From: an uncultured Alphaproteobacteria bacterium
Lineage (GTDB): Bacteria > Pseudomonadota > Alphaproteobacteria > Rhizobiales > Xanthobacteraceae
Assembly: GCA_963819935.1 (NCBI GenBank)
Contig: CAWFYF010000011.1
Span: 90,404-154,403, forward strand
Direction: 5' to 3'
Length of the DNA stretch: 64,000 bases
A program made the translations under genes and the position numbers. The notes below the pieces were generated by a model. That model was given only the letters and a program-made list of their open reading frames with translations. It was not told where the DNA came from and searched no databases. Within the stretch, counting starts at the first letter, position 1, and every line of letters begins with the position of its first letter. Positions 39,078-50,687 of this stretch are shown here, piece by piece.

Positions 39078-39999
39078 ATGAGCGCTTCAAACCAGTGGCA
39101 TGTAGGGCTCGTCGGTTACGGCGAGGTCGGCCGCATCCTCGCCGAGGACCTGCGCAAGCAGGGCGTCAAGGTCAGCGCCTACGACATCAAGCTCGGCGGC
39201 GAGCAGGCGGGGCCGTTGCGGGATCATGCCGGCACCATTCGGCGTTCAGCTTGCCTCCTCGCATGCCGATCTGGCGGCAAGGGCCGACCTGATCGTCTCT
39301 GCTGTCACCGCGAGCCAGGCTGTCCCGGTCGCGGGCGCCTGCGCCCCTTCTGTGAAGAAGGGCGCCTGGTTTCTCGATTTCAACTCGGCCTCGCCCGGCG
39401 CCAAGCGGCGCGCCGCCGGTCTGATCGATGGCGCCGGCGGCCGCTATGTCGAAGGCGCCGTCATGACCTCGGTGCCGCCGTACCGCATCAAGGTGCCGTT
39501 GCTGCTGGGCGGCGGCAATGCAAGGGATCTTGCGCCGCTGCTGGGGGAGCTCGGCTTCGACGCCAAGGTGGCAAGCGAACAGCTCGGCATCGCCTCGGCG
39601 GTCAAGATGTGCCGCAGCATCATGATCAAGGGCATGGAAGCCATGGTGATCGAGAGTTTCACCACGGCACGGGCCTACGGCGTCGAGGACGCGGTGCTGG
39701 CGTCGCTGGCGGAGACGTTCCCCGGCATCAACTGGGAGAAGCAGGGCGCCTACTTTTTCCAGCGCGTCATCGAACATGGCCGCCGCCGGGCCGAGGAAGT
39801 GCGCGAGGTGGCCGAAACCGTGCGCGATATCGGTCTGACGCCATGGTCGGCGCAAGGCACGGCCGAACGCCAGGCCTGGGTCGCCGACCTTGCCGACGAG
39901 GGCTTGTTCGGTGCGAAAGGCACCAGGGAATTTGCCAGGAGCCCGGATTGGCGCACCGAGGCCGACCGGATCCTTGCGACGCTGAAGGATACCAAATGA
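39078..39999 (+). pseudogene. NAD(P)-binding 6-phosphogluconate-dehydrogenase-like oxidoreductase (DUF1932-type C-terminus), apparent +1 nt frameshift at about 39228-39240
   Basis: The Rossmann N-terminus MSASNQWHVGLVGYGEVGRILAEDLRKQGVKVSAYD...LRDHA lies in the frame of ORF 39069. The remainder, FGVQLASSHADLAARADLIVSAVTA...MCRSIMIKGMEAMVIESF...ILATLKDTK, lies in ORF 39226-39999. Length is 922 nt (3n+1). Confidence 0.75.
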
Positions 40000-40952
40000 G
40001 TGACGCCGTGACGGACCAGAAGACGCAATCTCAGAAGTCGCCATTCGAGAAAACACCGGGCTGGCTGGACTGGTACGCCGGCCCCTCGAAGCCGCGCTTC
40101 AAGGTGCCGGCGGGCGCGGTGGATGCGCATTGCCACGTGTTCGGCCCGGGCGCCGAGTTTCCCTTCGCGCCGGAGCGCAAATACACGCCCTGCGATGCCT
40201 CGAAGCAGCAGCTCTATGCCTTGCGCGATCACCTCGGCTTTGCCCGCAACGTGGTGGTGCAGGCCACCTGCCACGGCGCCGACAATCGCGCGATGGTCGA
40301 TGCGCTTGTCCATTCCGGCGGCAGAGCGCGCGGGGTCGCGACCGTCAAGCGCAGCGTCGGGGACACCGAGCTTCGTTCGATGCATGACGCCGGCGTGCGC
40401 GGCGTACGCTTCAACTTCGTCAAGCGTCTGGTCGATTTCACGCCAAAGGACGAGTTGATCGAGATCGCCGGTCGCATCGCGAAACTGGGCTGGCATGTCG
40501 TGATCTATTTCGAGGCGGTCGATCTGCCGGAATTGTGGGATTTTTTCACGACGCTGCCGACCACGGTCGTGGTCGATCACATGGGACGGCCCGACGTCGG
40601 CAAGCCGGTCGATGGCCCCGAATTCGAGCTGTTCGTGAAATTCATGCGGGAGCACCAGAACGTCTGGTCCAAGGTGAGCTGCCCGGAGCGGCTGTCGGTC
40701 AAGGGGCCGCCCGCGCTGAACAGCGAGCAGAACGCCTATCGCGACGTGATCCCGTTCGCCCGGCGCATCGTCGAGACGTTCCCCGATCGCGTGCTCTGGG
40801 GCACCGACTGGCCGCACCCCAATCTGAAGAACCACATGCCCGATGACGGCCTGCTGGTCGATTTCATTCCGCACATTGCGACCACGCCCGAACTGCAGCG
40901 CAAGCTGCTGGTCGACAATCCGATGCGGCTCTATTGGCCCGAACAATCCTGA
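39996..40952 (+). CDS. ligI: 2-pyrone-4,6-dicarboxylate lactonase
   Basis: 318 aa from ATG 39996 (ATGA overlap with the upstream stop). It is the last third of the artefactual 627-aa ORF 39069-40952. FKVPAGAVDAHCHVFGP...DHMGRPD...VLWGTDWPHPN. Confidence 0.88.
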   Translation: MSDAVTDQKTQSQKSPFEKTPGWLDWYAGPSKPRFKVPAGAVDAHCHVFGPGAEFPFAPERKYTPCDASKQQLYALRDHLGFARNVVVQATCHGADNRAMVDALVHSGGRARGVATVKRSVGDTELRSMHDAGVRGVRFNFVKRLVDFTPKDELIEIAGRIAKLGWHVVIYFEAVDLPELWDFFTTLPTTVVVDHMGRPDVGKPVDGPEFELFVKFMREHQNVWSKVSCPERLSVKGPPALNSEQNAYRDVIPFARRIVETFPDRVLWGTDWPHPNLKNHMPDDGLLVDFIPHIATTPELQRKLLVDNPMRLYWPEQS

Positions 40953-40964
40953 GGAGACGATCCG

Positions 40965-42207
<1,243 letters not shown>

Positions 42208-42208
42208 C

Positions 42209-43169
42209 GTGACCAAGACCATCAAAGTGGCGCTCGCCGGCGCGGGCGCGTTCGGCATCAAGCATCTGGACGGCATCAGGAACATCGACGGCGTCGAAGT
42301 CGTGTCGCTGGTGGGCCGCCGGCTGGAGCCGACCAGGGAAGTCGCCGCCAAATACGGGACCGCGCACGCCTCGACCGACCTTGCCGACAGCCTCGCGTTG
42401 AAGGAGGTCGATGCGGTCATCCTCTGTACGCCGACGCAGATGCATGCGGCGCAGTCGATCGCCTGCATGAAGGCCGGCAAGCATGTCCAGGTCGAAATTC
42501 CGCTGGCCGACTCGCTGGCCGACGCCAAGGCGGTCGTCGATCTGCAGAAGAAAGACCGGGCTGGTGGCGATGTGCGGCCATACCCGCCGCTTCAACCCCA
42601 GCCACCAATGGGTGCACAAGAAGATCGTCGCCGGCGACTTCAACATCCAGCAGATGGATGTGCAGACCTTCTTCTTCCGCCGCTCGAACATGAATGCGCT
42701 GGGCCAGCCGCGCAGCTGGACCGACCATCTGCTGTGGCACCATGCGGCGCATACGGTGGACCTGTTCGCCTACCAGGCGCGCTCGCCAGTCGTGAAGGCC
42801 AACGCGGTCCAGGGTCCGATCCACCCGACGCTCGGGATCGCGATGGACATGTCGATCCAGCTCAAGGCAGCCAACGGCGCGATCTGCACCCTCAGCCTGT
42901 CCTTCAACAATGACGGTCCGCTCGGAACCTTCTTCCGCTATATCGGCGACACCGGGACCTACATCGCCCGCTACGACGACCTCTTCAACGGCAAGGAAGA
43001 GAAGATCGATGTGTCCAAAGTCGACGTATCGATGAACGGCATCGAGCTGCAGGACCGCGAGTTCTTCGCCGCCATCCGCGAGGGCCGCGAGCCGAATTCG
43101 AGCGTCGCCCAGGTGCTGCCCTGCTATCAGGTGCTGCACGATCTGGAGCAGCAGCTCAACGCCGGATGA
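42209..43169 (+). pseudogene. ligC: 4-carboxy-2-hydroxymuconate-6-semialdehyde dehydrogenase (Gfo/Idh/MocA family) with an apparent +1 nt frameshift near 42551-42556
   Basis: The N-terminal Rossmann part MTKTIKVALAGAGAFGIKHL...AVVDLQKK lies in ORF 42209-42913. GLVAMCGHTRRFNPSHQWVHKKI...LEQQLNAG continues in ORF 42483-43169. Length is 961 nt (3n+1). The context CAGAAGAAAGACCGGGCTGGTG would read K-K-T-G-L-V with one A fewer. Confidence 0.82.
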
Positions 43170-43242
43170 AACCGGCGTCGCTGGGGCGGAGGGCGCCGGG
43201 TTACCCGGCGTCAGGAGTCTGCGTCATGAAGCGCAGCCGGGC

Positions 43243-44148
43243 TCAATAGACCTTGGGAACGAAACGCTGGATCGACTTCTTGGGCCGCTTGTAGCCGGTA
43301 TCCGACTGGCGCGCAGGCAGATCGATCTCGACCGGCCGCATGTCCTGGTAGGGAATCTGGTCGAGCAGATGCCGGATGCAATTGAGCCGGGCCCGCTTCT
43401 TGTCATCGGCGTTGACGACGTGCCACGGCGTCTTCTTGCGGTCGGTATGCTCGAACATCACGTCCTTGGCCATGGAATATTCGACCCAGCGCTTGCGCGA
43501 TTCCACGTCCATCGGGCTGAGCTTCCAGCGCTTGATGGGATTGCGGATGCGCTCCTGGAACCGGTGCTCCTGCTCCTCGTCGTTGACCGAGAACCAGTAC
43601 TTGATGAGATAGATTCCCGAGCGCACCAGCATCTCCTCGAATATCGGGCAGGAGTGCAGAAACTCCCGGTATTCGTCGTCGGTGCAAAAGCCCATGACAT
43701 GCTCGACCCCGGCGCGGTTGTACCAGCTGCGGTCGAACAGGACGATTTCACCACGCGTCGGAAGCTCGGCGACGTAGCGCTGAAAATACCATTGGCCGCG
43801 CTCGCGTTCCGTCGGTGTGCCGAGCGCCACGACGCGGCAGATGCGGGGGTTCAGGCTCTCGGTGATGCGCTTGATGACGCCGCCTTTGCCGGCTGCGTCG
43901 CGGCCCTCGAAGATGACGGCGACCCGCAGGCCCTGTAGCCGGACCCATTCCTGCAACTTGATGAGCTCGAACTGCAGATGGGCGAGTTCGTCGATGTACT
44001 TGTAGTCCTTGGGAGGTATGCGCGATTTCGGCCGCTCGGCCGCGTGCCAGTATTGCTCGACCGCGGTAATTTCCCGGGCGTCGCGCAGCACGGATTCTTC
44101 AGCCGCGGCGGACTTGTGTTCCTTTACCATTGGCCCCTCTCGGCTCAT
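43243..44148 (-). CDS. ppk2: polyphosphate kinase 2 (PPK2)
   Basis: 301 aa. Walker A-like FEGRDAAGKGG, FDRSWYNR lid motif. Confidence 0.9.
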   Translation of the reverse strand: MSREGPMVKEHKSAAAEESVLRDAREITAVEQYWHAAERPKSRIPPKDYKYIDELAHLQFELIKLQEWVRLQGLRVAVIFEGRDAAGKGGVIKRITESLNPRICRVVALGTPTERERGQWYFQRYVAELPTRGEIVLFDRSWYNRAGVEHVMGFCTDDEYREFLHSCPIFEEMLVRSGIYLIKYWFSVNDEEQEHRFQERIRNPIKRWKLSPMDVESRKRWVEYSMAKDVMFEHTDRKKTPWHVVNADDKKRARLNCIRHLLDQIPYQDMRPVEIDLPARQSDTGYKRPKKSIQRFVPKVY

Positions 44149-44270
44149 GCAATGATGACAACCGACGAATCGCAGCTAAACATTTTAGGCAGGTTAACTC
44201 GAACGACGATCTCAAAAGCGCAACTGCGAAGCATTATTAGGAGCGGTCGTGGGCATTGCGTGCGGATGCG

Positions 44271-45176
44271 CTACGCGGCCTTTTGGATTTTGTCGCGAAA
44301 ACGGCGGGGCGACAGGCCCGTGGCCCCTGAAAACAGCCGGCTGAAATAGGCCGGGTCGTTGAAGCCGAGCGCATAGGCGATCGTCGAGACCGGCAGGTTG
44401 GTGTAGACGAGATTGCGCCGGGCCTCGCGGATGACGCGATCGAGGATCAGGTGCGATGCGGCGTGCCCGGTCGCCGTGCGAACGAGGCGGCTCAGATGCG
44501 TCGGCGTGATCGACAGCGCGCTCGCGTAGTCGGATACCGTCCAGTGTTTGAGGAAGTGCTGATCGAGCAGGGCCTCGAAGCGCCGGAACAGATCGGCCTT
44601 TGAGGCTGCGTCCGGCGCATTTTGCTTTCCGGCCATGTCGCGCGCGACCAGCCCGATCAGGACTGCCGACAGCGCGCGCAACAGATGGGCCCTCGCGAAA
44701 TGCCGGCCGGCGAATTCGGAAAAGATCTGCGCCATGGCGCTGCGCATCTGCGGCGTTCCCCGCACCACGGCCGGCTGCGCCAGCACGCGCCGCAGTCCCT
44801 CGGCCGGCGTCAGCACCTCATCCAGCATCTCCGCGGCGACCGTCAGCACCCAGCCTTGCGTTCCCCGGCTGAAGGAGAAGCCGTGAACATGGCCGACCGG
44901 TACGTTGACGACCCGCATCGGCCGTAAGCGGTGGACGCGTCCCTCCAGCGTCGCCTGTCCGCCGCCGCGCGCGATCAGGAGGATCTGATGCAGCCGCGCA
45001 TGGCGGTGGACCGCGAATTCCCATTCGTGCAGCACGGAGCGCGCGGCAATGGTCTCGCAATGCACGACGTCGGGCAGGTCGCCTGCCTCGCCGAACAGAT
45101 TATAGGTCTGGATCGATCGGTTCGAAATCGTCTCGGTCATGTTCGAATTGTACAAGTTTTTGCGGAGTCTATCCAT
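44271..45176 (-). CDS. pobR: AraC-family transcriptional activator (PobR-like)
   Basis: 301 aa. C-terminal double HTH (SALSITPTHLSRLVR...VSTIAYALGFNDPAYFSRLF). Divergent from pobA. An alternative ATG start lies at 45140. Confidence 0.85.
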   Translation of the reverse strand: MDRLRKNLYNSNMTETISNRSIQTYNLFGEAGDLPDVVHCETIAARSVLHEWEFAVHRHARLHQILLIARGGGQATLEGRVHRLRPMRVVNVPVGHVHGFSFSRGTQGWVLTVAAEMLDEVLTPAEGLRRVLAQPAVVRGTPQMRSAMAQIFSEFAGRHFARAHLLRALSAVLIGLVARDMAGKQNAPDAASKADLFRRFEALLDQHFLKHWTVSDYASALSITPTHLSRLVRTATGHAASHLILDRVIREARRNLVYTNLPVSTIAYALGFNDPAYFSRLFSGATGLSPRRFRDKIQKAA

Positions 45177-45200
45177 TTGATAAATAGGAAATTCCGGTAA

Positions 45201-46430
<1,230 letters not shown>

Positions 46431-46527
46431 CCGTTGGGGCCGGCTTGCTCCGGATTGATCCAGAACAAATCGGGCCGGCCGGCGATCGGCTAAAAATGAC
46501 AAAAATGATCCTGTGAAAGGGGAGGTC

Positions 46528-46881
46528 ATGCCTAGCTCCAAACGACAACCCGTGCCCGGCACCACCATCTTCGACGGCGAGCAGGCGGCCAAGGGCTACC
46601 AGCTCAACAAGATGTGTTACTCCTTCAACGATCCTGAAAACCGCAAGGAATTCCTTGCCGACCAAGGCGCGTACTTCGACAAGTACAAGCTGACGGCCGA
46701 ACAGCGGGCGGCGCTCGCCAGCGGCAGCGTGCTGAAGATGATCGAGGCCGGCGGTAACGCCTATTACCTGGCCAAGCTCGCCGGCATTCTCGGCCTCGGC
46801 GTTCAGGATATCGGCGCGCAGCAGACCGGCATGTCGGTCGAGGCTTTCAAACAGAAACTTCTGGACGCAGGGAGGCAGTAG
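46528..46881 (+). CDS. LigA-family extradiol dioxygenase alpha subunit, second copy
   Basis: ATG 46528 is preceded by AAGGGGAGG. PGTTIFDGEQAAKGYQLNKMCYSF...EAGGNAYYLAKL. Confidence 0.85.
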   Translation: MPSSKRQPVPGTTIFDGEQAAKGYQLNKMCYSFNDPENRKEFLADQGAYFDKYKLTAEQRAALASGSVLKMIEAGGNAYYLAKLAGILGLGVQDIGAQQTGMSVEAFKQKLLDAGRQ

Positions 46882-47741
46882 TGGCTCGAATTATCGGCGG
46901 TTTCTTTACGTCGCATGTGCCGGCGATCGGCAACGCCATTGCGAAAAAGCAGCAGAACGAGCCATACTGGAAGCCATTCTTCGACGCGTTTCCTCCCGTG
47001 CGCGAGTGGATCGGCAGGGAAAAGCCCGACGTAGTCGTGTTCTTCTACAACGACCACGGCCTCAACTTCTTCCTCGACAAGATGCCTACCTTCGCCGTGG
47101 GTGCAGCCTCCGACTACGTCAGCAAGGACGAGGGCTGGGGCATTCCGACGACGTCATCGTTCAAGGGCGATGTTAAATTGTCGTGGCATATCATCAATGG
47201 CATCGTCGCGGACGGCTTCGATCCCGTCATGTGTCAGGAAATGGCGGTCGATCACGCGATCACCAATCCGATGCTGCTGATGTATCCGGACAGCAATTGG
47301 CCGGTGCGCATCGTGCCGATCGCCATCAACTCGATCCAGCATCCGCTGCCGGGTCCGAAACGCTGCTACGATCTCGGCAGGGCGGTTGGCCGGGCGATCG
47401 AATCCTATGGGGAGAACGTCAAGGTGCTCGTTCTCGGCAGCGGCGGCCTGTCGCACCAGCTCGACGGCGAGAGGGCGGGTTTCATCAATAAGGATTTCGA
47501 TCGAGAATGTATGGATGCGATCGCGGGCGACGTCTCCGCGCTCAATAAATATTCGGCGCTCGACGTCGTCGAGAAGGCCGGCGCGCAAGGCGTGGAGCTG
47601 ATGTGCTGGATCGCAGCGCGCGCGTCGATGCAGGGACGGGTAAAAGAGCTGCGCCGCTCTTACCACATTCCGATCTCGAACACGGCGTCGGCGGTCATGC
47701 TGTTGTCGAACGAACCAGTTGAAGCCGCTAAGGCGGCCTGA
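46881..47741 (+). CDS. LigB-family class III extradiol dioxygenase beta subunit, second copy (intact)
   Basis: 286 aa. MARIIGGFFTSHVPAIG...YNDHG...GSGGLSHQL. GTG start overlapping the alpha-subunit stop. Confidence 0.88.
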   Translation: MARIIGGFFTSHVPAIGNAIAKKQQNEPYWKPFFDAFPPVREWIGREKPDVVVFFYNDHGLNFFLDKMPTFAVGAASDYVSKDEGWGIPTTSSFKGDVKLSWHIINGIVADGFDPVMCQEMAVDHAITNPMLLMYPDSNWPVRIVPIAINSIQHPLPGPKRCYDLGRAVGRAIESYGENVKVLVLGSGGLSHQLDGERAGFINKDFDRECMDAIAGDVSALNKYSALDVVEKAGAQGVELMCWIAARASMQGRVKELRRSYHIPISNTASAVMLLSNEPVEAAKAA

Positions 47742-47843
47742 TGCTTTTCTCCCCGGGCGGCCGTATTGGCCGGGCTGAATCAAATCTCGGACGCTTCCGC
47801 GGACCGATGCCAGCCCAAGTGCAGATGTGCCGCCCAGCTTAGC

Positions 47844-48701
47844 TTATCCCGCGACGAAGGCGAGCAGCGTGCCATTGGCCGCCGCCGGCGCGACGCAAAC
47901 CGCGCTGCCGCTACGGACGCCTGCACTGCCGAAGGCCTTCTCGGCTGCGGCAAGATCGGATGTCGCAATCACGAGGCCCGCGCCGCCGCGCTCCGGCAAT
48001 CCCACCAGCGAAACTTCGGGATAGCGTCGGCCCAGCTGGTCCCTGGTAAGGAACACGAAATCGGCGCGATCCGAACCCGACGGCACCGCGACTGCGCCGT
48101 CCGCTGCGGCCTTGACCTCGCGGTCGATCATGCGTGCGAGGTGCGCGGCATCCTTGGCGGGCTCCGGCGACACGATCAGCACCTGCCGCAGGCGCCTCGC
48201 GCCATTGGCGTGTTTCATCAGCTCCGGAATCCAGACCGTCTCCGGCGTCTTGTGCTGACAGGCGAAAATCCGGACCCCGCCCGGCGCCTCCGCAACCGGC
48301 CACTGAAAGGTCGTGAACCTGGCCGCCGACAGCCGGCCGTCCGGCATCGTCACCGGCCGCTCGAAATCGGTCGGTCCCACGGGCTCAAAGCCGCGTGCGC
48401 GGATTTCCGCGGCGCCGGCGGCGGAATCGACGGCCGTGAAGGCGACGCGCTCGATGCCTTCGCCGCGTTTCGCAAGAAAGGCGCGCGCCGGAGCATTATG
48501 TTCCGTCTCAACCAGCACGCCGAGCAATTCCATATAGTCGGGGTCGAACATGATGGTGTAATTGCCTGACCCCATATGCGCGCTATGCGTGCCGCGCGGC
48601 GATACGGTAAAGCCGAGCCGCTTCCAGTTCTCGGCGGCCCTGTCGAGATCCCTGACCATGACGACGGCGTGGTCAATTCCGATGACGTTCTTGAGTGCCA
48701 C
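47844..48701 (-). CDS. VOC (glyoxalase/bleomycin-resistance/dioxygenase) superfamily protein, two-domain
   Basis: In ORF 47844-48860, the conserved part starts at (V)ALKNVIGIDHAVVMVRDLDRAAENWKRLGFTVSPRG. I placed the GTG start at 48701 by frame arithmetic, so the start is uncertain. Confidence 0.7.
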   Translation of the reverse strand: MALKNVIGIDHAVVMVRDLDRAAENWKRLGFTVSPRGTHSAHMGSGNYTIMFDPDYMELLGVLVETEHNAPARAFLAKRGEGIERVAFTAVDSAAGAAEIRARGFEPVGPTDFERPVTMPDGRLSAARFTTFQWPVAEAPGGVRIFACQHKTPETVWIPELMKHANGARRLRQVLIVSPEPAKDAAHLARMIDREVKAAADGAVAVPSGSDRADFVFLTRDQLGRRYPEVSLVGLPERGGAGLVIATSDLAAAEKAFGSAGVRSGSAVCVAPAAANGTLLAFVAG

Positions 48702-48891
48702 TCGCTTGTTTCCCCGGTATGAACTGGCCCGGCAAGCTAACCAGATCGATCCGCCACCCGCAAGCCGACCGCGCGGGCCAATAATGAAGATGGATCGCGC
48801 AAAACCAAGTCGGCTCCTCCCTTGAGCTGGATCAACAGCGGCCATGGCCGCTTCGTCCACTGTTATTGCCGAATCGTCCTGGAGAATTGCG

Positions 48892-49170
48892 ATGAAACCT
48901 GCCGCATTGTTGATCGGGCTTTTTGCACTTTGCGAGCCGGCGATCGCTCAAACCACCGAATGCCAGTCGGTCCCGAAGGCGAGCGATCGTCTCGCTTGTT
49001 ACGATCGAGCCGCCTCGCCGGCCCGTCGGGTCAAGCCCGTCGCCGCATCGCCGGCGCCTGCGGCAGCGTCTCAGGCGCCTGCAGCGCAACCGGGCCCGAC
49101 CGGCGATCTGCTCGCCGATGAAAATGCGCGATTGGACGCCACGATAAAAAATATCTGCCGCGGCTGCTGA
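48892..49170 (+). CDS. small secreted hypothetical protein (4 Cys)
   Basis: ATG 48892 in ORF 48844-49170. Signal peptide MKPAALLIGLFALCEPAIAQ, then TTECQSVPKASDRLACYD, a Pro/Ala-rich linker, and ...ATIKNICRGC. Confidence 0.55.
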   Translation: MKPAALLIGLFALCEPAIAQTTECQSVPKASDRLACYDRAASPARRVKPVAASPAPAAASQAPAAQPGPTGDLLADENARLDATIKNICRGC

Positions 49171-49330
49171 GCCCGCGCGAAGGCGGCGTCTGCCCCGTCA
49201 GCAGTGTTTGACTCGCGAGTGGCGCCTGCGCAATCGGCGCCGCGCCCGCATATGTTTGAGGTAGATCAAGGTGGTCGACCGCCTCACGGGCTTAGATGGC
49301 ACCGTCGTGCTCTCGGGCAGGGAGGCGTCA

Positions 49331-49552
49331 ATGGCAGGTCATCTGGAGTTTAGTGCGCGCGCTGCGTTGTGCCGACAACTCGCCATGCGCGAACCGAATA
49401 GTGAAATTCTTTGGCTTGCGGAGGCGGAGAAGTGGTCGCGCCTCACGCTGGCGCGTGTGACGGTCGTAACATCTGAGTATCGGAACACCGACGGCTGGGA
49501 TGCGCTTGCGTTCCTGGGAGAGATGCCTCCCGAGGCAGCTAAAGCAAACTGA
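49331..49552 (+). CDS. small hypothetical protein
   Basis: ATG 49331 in ORF 49271-49552. MAGHLEFSARAALCRQLAMREPNSEILWLAEAEKWSRL resembles small helical orphan proteins common in rhizobial genomes. Weak support. Confidence 0.3.
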   Translation: MAGHLEFSARAALCRQLAMREPNSEILWLAEAEKWSRLTLARVTVVTSEYRNTDGWDALAFLGEMPPEAAKAN

Positions 49553-49602
49553 TCTTGGCCCCGACGGCCGCCTTCTGGCCCGCTTGCGCGGGCCAGACCT
49601 GT

Positions 49603-50685
49603 TCAGCGGACGTTGCCGAAGGCGGCACGAGGCGCGCCGGCCTGCTTCCGTGCCGGCGGCCGCACGATCGGCGCACCGCTTCGCGGATTGTTGAGCCAGC
49701 CGGTCAGCCTCCTTGCCATGGTGGGTTGGCCGGCAGGCTGGCCGCTCGATACGAAGGGGTCGGTGTAACACCGGGCGCCGGCGGTTCGCGCCATCCGCGC
49801 AACGGCCTCGGTCATGGCAGGCGCGCCGCAGGTGTAGACCACATCATGCGCCGACAAATTCGGCAGATGATCGGTCGGCCGTCCGACGCGGATCGCCGGA
49901 GAGACGTCCTGCGGCTCCGATACGGTCGGAATGATCGTAACGTTGGGAAACAGCGCCAGGCGGCAGAGCGCACTGTGCATATACAGCGACTGCAGCTTTC
50001 GCGCCGCGATCACGAAGATCAATTCGCGCTGCGGCCGCTCCATGATCGCGGCGACCGCGATCGCCCACATCGGCGCGAAGCCGGTGCCGCTGGCGACGAG
50101 AACGATGCTGCCGGTATGATTTGGCCGCAGATAGGCGCTGCCGAGCGGCCCCGTCACTTTCACGCGATGCCCGATGCGGATATTGCGGCCGAGCGCCGAT
50201 GAAACGGCCCCGTCGGAGAGCTGCCGGATGTGAAAGTGCAGCAGGCGATGATCGGGAGGTCCCTCCAGCGGATAGGTCGGGCTGTAAGATCGCGCCGGGA
50301 AGCCCCGGAATTGCACCTTGCAATACTGGCCGGGAAGGTATCGAAGCGGCTTGGGCAACTCCACATCGACGCCAATCACGTCCGGCGCCAGCCGCACGAT
50401 GTTTGCCACGCGCCCCGACAAGGAGACCTGGTCGGGCACGGGTTCGGTGACGATCTCCAGATCGGAAACGATCCGGGCCTGACAGGCGTGGATCATGTCG
50501 TCACCATGTTCCTGCCCGCCGAACACCTTGCCGTCGACGAGGCGCACCCGGCAGGCACCGCAAATTCCGCTGCGGCAGTCATGGGGCAGATCGATCCCGT
50601 TCATCAGCGCCGAGTCGAGCAACAGGTCGCCGCAATTCGCCAGGAACGGCTCGTCATTCAGCGTCACTTTGCAGGTTCTACTCAT
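49603..50685 (-). CDS. [2Fe-2S] ferredoxin-FNR-type NAD(P)H oxidoreductase
   Basis: ATG 50685 in ORF 49603-50865 gives 360 aa. Plant-type cluster motif CRSGICGACRV...HAC, FAD motif ARSYSP, NAD(P) motif VASGTGFAP, canonical end ...CYTDPF, then an extra ~50-aa basic tail. The start lies 2 nt after the upstream stop. Confidence 0.85.
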   Translation of the reverse strand: MSRTCKVTLNDEPFLANCGDLLLDSALMNGIDLPHDCRSGICGACRVRLVDGKVFGGQEHGDDMIHACQARIVSDLEIVTEPVPDQVSLSGRVANIVRLAPDVIGVDVELPKPLRYLPGQYCKVQFRGFPARSYSPTYPLEGPPDHRLLHFHIRQLSDGAVSSALGRNIRIGHRVKVTGPLGSAYLRPNHTGSIVLVASGTGFAPMWAIAVAAIMERPQRELIFVIAARKLQSLYMHSALCRLALFPNVTIIPTVSEPQDVSPAIRVGRPTDHLPNLSAHDVVYTCGAPAMTEAVARMARTAGARCYTDPFVSSGQPAGQPTMARRLTGWLNNPRSGAPIVRPPARKQAGAPRAAFGNVR

Positions 50686-50687
50686 TA

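Noticed and set aside
39069-40952. 627-aa ORF that looks like a large fusion protein
   Set aside because: Only the first ~54 aa (Rossmann N-terminus) and the last 318 aa (LigI) are protein-like. The middle ~250 aa is Arg/Gly-rich out-of-frame read-through of the frameshifted NAD-binding gene. LigI has its own ATG at 39996, overlapping the real upstream stop.
43194-43210. Hairpin CGCCGGG-TTA-CCCGGCG between convergent ligC and ppk2 as a bidirectional terminator
   Set aside because: The stem is only 7 bp with a 3-nt loop, and there is no U-tract on either strand. That is not strong enough to call.
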